Positions 10,205 to 17,058 of a DNA stretch of 47,873 nucleotides are shown here, one piece after another. The notes below the pieces were generated by a model. The model did no database searches, was not told the DNA's origin, and was given only the letters and a program-made list of their open reading frames with translations. The translations under genes and the position numbers were made by a program. This DNA comes from an uncultured Holophagales bacterium. GTDB taxonomy: Bacteria; Acidobacteriota; Thermoanaerobaculia; UBA5066. The first letter of the stretch is position 1. Each line of letters starts with the position of its first letter. The stretch is taken from the NCBI GenBank assembly GCA_964384675.1, contig CAYLNK010000009.1, positions 1-47,873 of the forward strand, given 5' to 3'.

Positions 10205-10218
10205 GCCATTCTCGTGCC
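10205..10218 (-). promoter_or_regulatory. Candidate σ54-type (-24/-12-like) promoter cGGCAC-gagaa-TGGC about 29 nt upstream of the FimT-like start
   Basis: The reverse-complement strand reads GGCACGAGAATGGC with GG-N10-GC spacing as in σ54 promoters. Related CGGCAC-N5-TTGA elements sit at the same distance upstream of both major pilin genes. Sequence-only call. Confidence 0.25.
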
Positions 10219-10224
10219 GCCGCG

Positions 10225-10247
10225 ATTGGCCCGATGGCAAGGCCAAT
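10225..10247. promoter_or_regulatory. Inverted repeat ATTGGCC-N9-GGCCAAT in the divergent minor-pilin / pilT control region; candidate regulator binding site
   Basis: Read from the sequence (attggcccgatggcaaggccaat). Lies in the 243-bp divergent intergenic region. Confidence 0.3.
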
Positions 10248-10308
10248 TGGATCAATACCTTGGCGTGGTTTCGCGATCTGCGACCCTGTCTCGGCCCCGG
10301 AGTCGATC

Positions 10309-10323
10309 GTTACGATTCGTAAC
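10309..10323. promoter_or_regulatory. Near-perfect 15-bp palindrome GTTACGA-t-TCGTAAC; candidate operator upstream of the HEAT-pilT gene
   Basis: Read from the sequence. AT-rich relative to the genome, about 95 nt upstream of the 10415 start. Confidence 0.3.
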
Positions 10324-10414
10324 ACGTCTCGTTCGCTCACGGCGATGCTCCCTTCGTTCCGGCCACGGTGATTCGGCTACGATTATCCTCTTCCCGGATC
10401 CGAGGAGGTCGAGC

Positions 10415-12934
10415 GTGGTCCTAGACAAGCTCCGGAAGGGACTGAGAGCCGAGCCCCCCGTCGTCGCGGCCCTGCGGGCCCACCAGTGGTCCTCGGAGGG
10501 TCAGAAACGCGACCTGATCCAGAAGTTCAAGCTGGCCCCGGACCTGGAGATCGACGAGGTCGTCTGGACCGCGCTCGACCAGACGGCCGAGATCCGCGAG
10601 GCCGGGATCGAGGTCCTGAAGCGGCGACCCGACCCGCACGCCGTCCTCGAGGCGCTGGTCCCTCTCCTCCGGACCCGCTCCGAGGCCGCTCGCCGGGCCG
10701 TGCAGCGGTTCCTCCAGGAGGTGGCCGGGGACCAGCTGGGCCCGTTCCTCTCCCAGCAGTGCGAGGAGGGGGACGACTTCGGCCGGCTCGCCGCCGTGGA
10801 GCTCGCCAAGAGCCTGCCCGGCGACGGCGCCATCTCGATCTACAAGCGGCTGGTGCGGGACCCGAACCTGGGGATCCGCCGCCGGGCGCTGAAGGCCCTC
10901 AGCGAATCGACTCTCCCCGGCGCCGCCGCGCTCGCCTCGAACATGGCGGTCAAGCTGCTCGAGGACGAGGACGAGGAGATCCGGCTCGCCGCGCTCGCGC
11001 TGCTGGAGAAGAACCCCGACGAGGCTCACATCGGCTCGATCCTGCAGCTCGCCGCGGCGGGCGCCGGGCGGATCGCGGACGCGGCGTTCTCGGCCCTGCG
11101 GCGCCTCCTGCCGCTCTCCAAGGCGGACCACACCAACGACATCCTGCCTCTCCTCGCCAGCGGCAGCGCCAGCGTCCGTACCGGAGCCCTCTCGCTCCTG
11201 GAGCGGACCCCGCCCGACCCCCTCGCCCGGGCGTTCGTCGAGCAGTTCAACGGCTCCTTCGTCTGGGTCCGCGACCGGGCGCTCGAGACCCTGAACCGCG
11301 CGTTCCCGACCTTCCTCCCGGCGCTCCTGCGCCTGACGGCGGATCCGGACCGGAAGGTCGCCGGCGGAGCCGCGGAGCTCGCGCTCATCGCTCCCGACCC
11401 ACGAGCCCTGCCGGTCTGGATGAACCTGCTCGACAACCCGGACTGGTGGATCAGGAGCCGCGCGCTCGAGAGCCTCGGCAAGTACGGCGCGGGCCGGGAC
11501 GACGTCTACCAGAAGCTGGCGGGGGCCCTGCGCGTGCCCGAGCTGACCCTCTCGGCGGCGTCCGCGCTCGGTGAGTTCGGCGACCCCCGGGGCCTGCAGC
11601 CGTTGGGACAGGCGTTCCAGGCGGCGATGGCCGCACCCGACGAGCAGCTCGAGATCCTCGACTCCATGGCCAAGCTCGGCGCGAAGGACCCGAGGGTGGG
11701 TGCCTACCTCGGGAACGTCTCCAAGCACCCGTCGTTCGACGAGAGAGTCCGCGAGAGGGCGCGTGACCTGGTGGGCCGGCTCCAGGGCGCCGCGGCGATG
11801 GCCGCCATCCCCTCGGTCGCGTCGAGCCCGCAGCGGCTCGACCTGGCCAACGTCGAGAACGCCAGGCTGGTCGACTTCCTCGCGGACACCGTCGCCAAGG
11901 GCGCGTCCGACTTCCACCTGGCCACCGGTTTCGCTCCCCACCAGCGGATCAACGGCGCGCTGACCTCCCTCGACGTGCCCGGATTCTCACGGGAGCGGTC
12001 GCGCCAGCTGCTCAAGCAGGTCCTGACCGACGAAGAGTGGCGCCGGCTCGAGCAGGATCGGCAGCTCGACATCTGCCTGAAGGTGGCCGGGCTGGGGCGC
12101 TTCCGGGCGAACCTCTTCTCTCAACGGAGCGGCTTCGACGCGTCCTTCCGCGTCATCCCGCACTCGCTCCCGACGCTGTCCGAGCTCGGGCTGCCCCAAT
12201 CCGCCTGGGAGCTGACCCGGTACACGCAGGGGCTCGTCCTGGTGACCGGCCCGGCCGGCTGCGGCAAGTCGACCACGCTCGCGACGCTGCTCGACCGCGT
12301 GAACGAGACACGGCGCGGCCACATCATCACGGTCGAGGACCCCGTCGAGTTCGTGCACGTGAACAAGGAATCCCTGGTGAACCAGCGGCAGGTGCCCCAG
12401 CACACGAAGTCGTTCGCCCGGGCCCTGAAGGCCGCGCTCCGCGAGGACCCGGACGTCATCATGATCGGCGAGATGCGCGACCTCGAGACGATCTCGCTCG
12501 CGATCTCCGCGTCGGAGACGGGGCACCTCGTCTTCGGCACCCTCCACACGACGACCGCGACCGGCACGATCGACCGCGTGATCAACGCCTTCCCGGCCGG
12601 CCAGCAGGGACAGATCCGCGCCATGATCGCCGACTCGCTGAAGGCGGTCATCTCGCAGGCTCTGCTCCCGAGGCGGGGCGGAGGCGGGCGCGTGGCGGCG
12701 TTCGAGATCCTGCGCGGCACGCAGAACGTCGCCGCTCTCATCCGCGAGGCGAAGACCCACCAGCTGCCGTCCGCGCTCCAGACGGGACAGCTCGCCGGAA
12801 TGGTCACGATGGACCAGGCGCTGATCCGGCTCGCCGAGGACGGCAAGGTCGACCTCGAGGCCGCGTACGACCGGGCCCTGAAGAAGGAGCCCTTCGAGAA
12901 GCTGCTCAACGAGGAAAGGCAGGCCCTGGCATGA
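10415..12934 (+). CDS. PilT/PilU-family twitching-motility ATPase with an N-terminal HEAT-repeat extension of about 480 aa
   Basis: C-terminal half has Walker A GPAGCGKST, Asp box VIMIGEMRD, His box GHLVFGTLHTTTA and the PilT signature AALIREAK. The N-terminal half shows repeated HEAT/PBS-lyase-like units (PDPHAVLEALVPLL, DPNLGIRRRALKAL, DEEIRLAALALL, NPDWWIRSRALESL). Start chosen at GTG 10415, 6 nt after GAGGAGG; the track start at 10175 lacks an SD. Confidence 0.8.
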   Translation: MVLDKLRKGLRAEPPVVAALRAHQWSSEGQKRDLIQKFKLAPDLEIDEVVWTALDQTAEIREAGIEVLKRRPDPHAVLEALVPLLRTRSEAARRAVQRFLQEVAGDQLGPFLSQQCEEGDDFGRLAAVELAKSLPGDGAISIYKRLVRDPNLGIRRRALKALSESTLPGAAALASNMAVKLLEDEDEEIRLAALALLEKNPDEAHIGSILQLAAAGAGRIADAAFSALRRLLPLSKADHTNDILPLLASGSASVRTGALSLLERTPPDPLARAFVEQFNGSFVWVRDRALETLNRAFPTFLPALLRLTADPDRKVAGGAAELALIAPDPRALPVWMNLLDNPDWWIRSRALESLGKYGAGRDDVYQKLAGALRVPELTLSAASALGEFGDPRGLQPLGQAFQAAMAAPDEQLEILDSMAKLGAKDPRVGAYLGNVSKHPSFDERVRERARDLVGRLQGAAAMAAIPSVASSPQRLDLANVENARLVDFLADTVAKGASDFHLATGFAPHQRINGALTSLDVPGFSRERSRQLLKQVLTDEEWRRLEQDRQLDICLKVAGLGRFRANLFSQRSGFDASFRVIPHSLPTLSELGLPQSAWELTRYTQGLVLVTGPAGCGKSTTLATLLDRVNETRRGHIITVEDPVEFVHVNKESLVNQRQVPQHTKSFARALKAALREDPDVIMIGEMRDLETISLAISASETGHLVFGTLHTTTATGTIDRVINAFPAGQQGQIRAMIADSLKAVISQALLPRRGGGGRVAAFEILRGTQNVAALIREAKTHQLPSALQTGQLAGMVTMDQALIRLAEDGKVDLEAAYDRALKKEPFEKLLNEERQALA

Positions 12935-14049
12935 GCGCCGGCGCACCGACACCCCAGGCCTCCGAAGCCCGTCGCATCGACGCCCTCCTGCGTCTCGTCC
13001 TCGAGAAGAAGGCCTCGGACCTCCACCTCGCCGTCGGCTCGCCGCCGATGATCCGCGTCGACGGCGAGCTCGAGCGGGTGAAGTGGCGCACCCTCACCGA
13101 GGAGGAGTTCGTGAACCTGATCGGCCCGATCGCGCCCCCGAAGCTGTTCGCGGCGTGGCGGGAGACGGGCGACACGGATTTCGCCTACGCGATGGGCAAC
13201 CGCGCCCGCTTCCGCGTCAACGTCTTCAAGCAGGAGCACGGGCCCGCCGCCGTCCTCCGGATGATCCCGCCCCGCGTGCTGACGATCGAGGAGCTCGGCA
13301 CGCCGCCCCAGGTGGCGAGCGTCGCGAAGGTGCCGCGCGGCCTCGTCCTGGTCACCGGGCCCACCGGCTCGGGGAAGTCGACCACGCTCGCGGCTCTCCT
13401 GGACTGGGTGAACCGGACTCGCGCGTTTCACATCGTGACGATCGAGGACCCGGTGGAGTTCCTCCACGTCTCCCAGAAGTCGATCATGACGCACCGCGAG
13501 GTCGGCTTCGACACGATGTCGTTCTCGGAGGCGCTGAAAGCGGCGCTGCGCGAGGACCCGGACGTCGTCCTCGTCGGCGAGCTGCGCGACCTCGAGACCA
13601 TGACCAACGCGCTCCAGGCCGCGGAGACCGGCCTCCTGGTCTTCGGCACGCTTCACACGAACTCGGCGTCCAAGGCGATCGACCGCCTCATCGACGGCTT
13701 CCCGTCCGAGGAGCAGGACCAGACGCGGACGGTGCTGGCCGAGGTGCTGAAGGCGGTCGTGGCCCAGGTCCTCCTGAAGAAGAAGGGAGGCGGCCGCATC
13801 CCGGCCTTCGAGGTGCTCCGGGGCTCGCCGGCCCTGTCGAACGCGATCCGGGAGGGGAAGACTTCCATGATCACCACCCTGATCCAGACGGGGAAGTCCC
13901 AGGGGATGATCTCCATGGACCAGTCGCTCGCCGACCTCGTGGTGAACGACATCGTCGACATCGAGGAGGCGTTCGACAAGGCGCTCGAGAAGGACGCCTT
14001 CCGGGCCCTCGTGGAGAAGAGGCGCGCGGCGGCGAACGCCGCCACCTGA
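12931..14049 (+). CDS. pilT: Type IV pilus retraction ATPase PilT (372 aa)
   Basis: ATG at 12931 overlaps the upstream TGA (ATGA). Walker A GPTGSGKST, DVVLVGELRD, GLLVFGTLHTNSA, AIREGK. The track ORF 12037..14049 carries a spurious N-terminal extension in the same frame. Confidence 0.9.
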   Translation: MSAGAPTPQASEARRIDALLRLVLEKKASDLHLAVGSPPMIRVDGELERVKWRTLTEEEFVNLIGPIAPPKLFAAWRETGDTDFAYAMGNRARFRVNVFKQEHGPAAVLRMIPPRVLTIEELGTPPQVASVAKVPRGLVLVTGPTGSGKSTTLAALLDWVNRTRAFHIVTIEDPVEFLHVSQKSIMTHREVGFDTMSFSEALKAALREDPDVVLVGELRDLETMTNALQAAETGLLVFGTLHTNSASKAIDRLIDGFPSEEQDQTRTVLAEVLKAVVAQVLLKKKGGGRIPAFEVLRGSPALSNAIREGKTSMITTLIQTGKSQGMISMDQSLADLVVNDIVDIEEAFDKALEKDAFRALVEKRRAAANAAT

Positions 14050-14062
14050 GGCGGCGACCGGG

Positions 14063-15877
14063 TCACGCCACGGGGAGCGACAGGACGAACCGGGCCCCCG
14101 GAAGGACGCGGCCCCGCTCGACCGCCACCGAGCCACCGTGGAGCGCCGCGATCTTCGCGACGAGCGCGAGGCCGAGGCCGGTGCCCGTCTCCTTGGTCGA
14201 GGTGAACGGCACGAACAGCTTCGCCGTGACCTCGACGGGAACTCCCTGGCCGTCGTCCTCCACCGCGATCCGCGCCAGCCCGGCGGTCACACCTTCCCCC
14301 AGGACGACGACGCGGCCGCCGCCCCCTTCGGGGCCCGGATCTCCGGCGCCTGCGGCCGCCGCCTCTCGCGCGTTGCGCACCAGGTTCACGAGCGCCCGGC
14401 GCAGGAGCGCTCCGTCGCCCCGGACCACCGCGAACGTCCCGTCGGTGTCGAACGCGATCGCGGAGTCGGCCATCCGTTCCTCCTCCACGATCTCCCGCGC
14501 GAGGGGTCCGAGATCGACCGGACCGGGAGTGAACCGCCCGGGCCGCGCGAAGAACAGGAAGTCTCCGGTCACGGTCGCGATGTGGTCGGCCTCGGCGCGG
14601 ATGGCCGCGAGGTGCCGCGCCCGCGCCTTCGGGTCCTCGGTCGACGCGGCCAGGCGGGCCCAGCCCTGCAGGGTCGCGGTGGCGTTCCGGAACTCGTGCG
14701 CGATGCCGGCCGACATCTCGCCGAGGGCCGCGAGCTCCCGCCGTGCCGAGAGCTCCCTCTCCAGACGGCTCGTCCGGGTGCGGTCCTCGAGGAACACCAG
14801 CGTGCCGAGGGGCCGGTCGGCCGCATCGACGACCGGAGCCGCGGTGACGACGAGCCGGCGTCCGCTCGTCTCCTCCCCGAGGACGAACTCGCGACCGAGC
14901 GTGGCCTCTCCGCGGGAGGCGCCGTGCACCGCCCCCTCGAGGACCGGATAGGCGGCGAGCGCGCGCGCCGCGGCCCCGCCGACGGCCTCGGGCGGCAGAT
15001 CCAGGAGCCGCCGGGCCGGCTCGTTCGCCTGCGACAGCGCCCCGCCGGCGTCGATGACGAGGAGCCCGCCCGGGTGCGATCGGACCAGGGTCTCCGCCGT
15101 CACCGCCAGGGCGTCGGCCCGCTCCTTCTCACGGCGTCTCAAGTCGTCGAGCTCGGTGGTCCGCTTGCGCAGCTCCTCGATGGTGCGTGCGAACGTGGAG
15201 ATCGCGTGGTCCGCCTCGTCCCGCCCCGGCTCCTCCGGCAGGAGGCCCGAGGCGTCGCGGGCCGTCTCGGCGAGCGCCTCGATCGGGGAGAGGAGGCGCC
15301 GGAGGAACGGGATCACCAGGAGCCCGAGCGTGACGGCGGCGAGCGGCACGACGAAGGAGAGGATCCGGACGTTGCGCTCGGCCTCCGAGAGGAGCGAGCC
15401 GTCGTACCCGATGCGCAGGATCCGCGTCCCCCCGGCGAAGGACGCGGTGACGATCGCGAAGCCCGGCCCTCCCTCCGACGTCGCGCCGGCCGCCACGGTC
15501 TCACCGGGGAGCGGCACCTCGCCCGCGGAGAGCGTCTCCTCTCCCTGCGCGACGTCGGGCAGGAACGGCGCCTCGGCGAGACGGGCCCCTTCCGCGTCGT
15601 ACAGGCCGGCATGGCGGGCTCCCGCGTCGCGCAGGAGGGTCGCGACCCGGGCGTCGCCGCCGAGCGCGAAGGAGGCGTCGCCCGACAGGAGGAGGCGCTC
15701 GACGACGATCCGCGTCTCGGCGGAGAGCCGGGCCAGATGCTCCCGTTCGGCCCACGCCGTGACGTTCCGGAGGAGGACGAGGGTGAGGCCGGAAAGGAAC
15801 AGCAGGAAGAGCAGGCCTCCGACGACGATGTGCCGGACCTCGCGCTCGAAACGGCGGTCCCGGGGCCCGTCGCTCAC
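14063..15877 (-). CDS. Sensor histidine kinase: two TM helices flanking a periplasmic domain, HAMP/PAS-like region, HisKA and HATPase_c domains
   Basis: H-box GIAHEFRNATATL, N-box LVNLVRNAREAA, G-boxes DDGQGVP and GTGLGLALV. GTG start overlaps the pilD stop (GTGA). No response regulator gene is in the window. Confidence 0.85.
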   Translation of the reverse strand: MSDGPRDRRFEREVRHIVVGGLLFLLFLSGLTLVLLRNVTAWAEREHLARLSAETRIVVERLLLSGDASFALGGDARVATLLRDAGARHAGLYDAEGARLAEAPFLPDVAQGEETLSAGEVPLPGETVAAGATSEGGPGFAIVTASFAGGTRILRIGYDGSLLSEAERNVRILSFVVPLAAVTLGLLVIPFLRRLLSPIEALAETARDASGLLPEEPGRDEADHAISTFARTIEELRKRTTELDDLRRREKERADALAVTAETLVRSHPGGLLVIDAGGALSQANEPARRLLDLPPEAVGGAAARALAAYPVLEGAVHGASRGEATLGREFVLGEETSGRRLVVTAAPVVDAADRPLGTLVFLEDRTRTSRLERELSARRELAALGEMSAGIAHEFRNATATLQGWARLAASTEDPKARARHLAAIRAEADHIATVTGDFLFFARPGRFTPGPVDLGPLAREIVEEERMADSAIAFDTDGTFAVVRGDGALLRRALVNLVRNAREAAAAGAGDPGPEGGGGRVVVLGEGVTAGLARIAVEDDGQGVPVEVTAKLFVPFTSTKETGTGLGLALVAKIAALHGGSVAVERGRVLPGARFVLSLPVA

Positions 15878-17058
15878 GGCAGGAGGCGTGCTCCGGGAAC
15901 GGCGGGATCGCCGAGGAGGTAGGCGAGACAGAGCCGCCCCGTCGCGAAGGCAACCAGCGATCCCGCGGCGAGGAACACGCCGAAGGGAATGTCCGACCGT
16001 CCGACGAGGACGAGGATCCCGGACTCGAGCCTCTCGGCTCTCGCCGAGACGACGCGGAAGAAGTGGTCGCCTTCCTCCAGCATCAGGCGGTGGGACTCGG
16101 TGGCCGCTCCGAGCCGGGACCGCCGCTCGGCCAGACGGAGAAAGGCGACGAGCGGCCGGCCCGCCTTACCCGACGACCGGTACGGCGCGCCGACCCGGGC
16201 GGCTCCGGGGACGTCGCGCCAGACGGGGCCCGCGGCCTTCACGATCCCTCCGGCCACCAGGAGGCCCTCCCGCTCGGCGGCGGCTCGCGCCGCCGACGGG
16301 TCGCGGCCCGACGCGCGGAACCGCGACGCCCACCTCGCCCTCCGGGCCAGCAGGTAGGCACCTCCGCCGAGAGCCCCCGCCGCGGAGGCGAAGAGGAGGG
16401 TCAGGAGCACGCCGGCCGCCCCTCCGACGGCCCCGATCATCGCGATCATGTGGACGTCGCCCAGGCCCATCCCTTCCGCGGCGCGCAGCCACTCGTACGC
16501 CTTCCGAACCGCGAGGAGCAGGAGCGCCCCCAGCGCCGCGCCGCCGACCGACTCCACGAGATGGCTCGTCGACAGGGCGAGCGGCGCGCCGCCGGGCCGG
16601 AAGAGACTCGCCGCGTCCCTCGCCGCGGCGAGGAGGAGGCCGGCGGCGAGCACGCCGAGCGTGATCTCGTCGGGCAGGATCCGCGCCTCGAGATCGGTCG
16701 CCACCAGGACCACCGCGGCGAAGGAGAGGAGGCCGAAGGCGACGGCCGAAGGCGAGGGTCCGAAGAGGACGGCGCCCAGGAGGAAGAGGAGCGCCACGGT
16801 CAGCTCCACCAGGGGATAGCGGATCGAGATCGGCCGGCGACAGCGGCGGCAACGACCGCGCAGCACGAGCCACGACAGGACCGGGACGTTGTCGAGGGCG
16901 GCAATGGGATGCCCGCAGCCCGGGCAGCGGGAGCGCGGCCGGACCACCGACTCGCCTCGCGGGAGGCGGTGGATGCAGACGTTCGCGAAAGAGCCGAACA
17001 CGGCCCCGAACGCGAAGAACGAGACGCGAAGGACGAGTGTCACGCCGGGATCGATCAC
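15874..17058 (-). CDS. pilD: Prepilin peptidase / N-methyltransferase PilD (A24 family) with an about 110-aa insertion in a cytoplasmic loop
   Basis: N-terminus FGAVFGSFANVCIHRLP. Tetracysteine motif CPGCGHPI...CRRCRRPI. GLGDVHMIAMIGA. C-terminal IPFGVFLAAGSLVAF. GTG start overlaps the stop of the upstream YfhO-like gene. Confidence 0.85.
   Translation of the reverse strand: MIDPGVTLVLRVSFFAFGAVFGSFANVCIHRLPRGESVVRPRSRCPGCGHPIAALDNVPVLSWLVLRGRCRRCRRPISIRYPLVELTVALLFLLGAVLFGPSPSAVAFGLLSFAAVVLVATDLEARILPDEITLGVLAAGLLLAAARDAASLFRPGGAPLALSTSHLVESVGGAALGALLLLAVRKAYEWLRAAEGMGLGDVHMIAMIGAVGGAAGVLLTLLFASAAGALGGGAYLLARRARWASRFRASGRDPSAARAAAEREGLLVAGGIVKAAGPVWRDVPGAARVGAPYRSSGKAGRPLVAFLRLAERRSRLGAATESHRLMLEEGDHFFRVVSARAERLESGILVLVGRSDIPFGVFLAAGSLVAFATGRLCLAYLLGDPAVPGARLLP

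Noticed and set aside
10175-10414. Longest-ORF start (MESSLATGDK…) for the HEAT-PilT gene
   Set aside because: That start is a GTG with no SD and it overlaps the divergent promoter region. A GTG at 10415, 6 nt after GAGGAGG, is preferred. My reading of the raw bases around 10200 also disagreed by one nucleotide with the track translations, so coordinates here may be off by ±1.
12037-12930. In-frame N-terminal extension of the pilT ORF (track ORF 12037..14049)
   Set aside because: The extension is Arg/Pro-rich low complexity and overlaps the upstream HEAT-PilT gene. The ATG at 12931 gives a normal 372-aa PilT coupled by an ATGA overlap.
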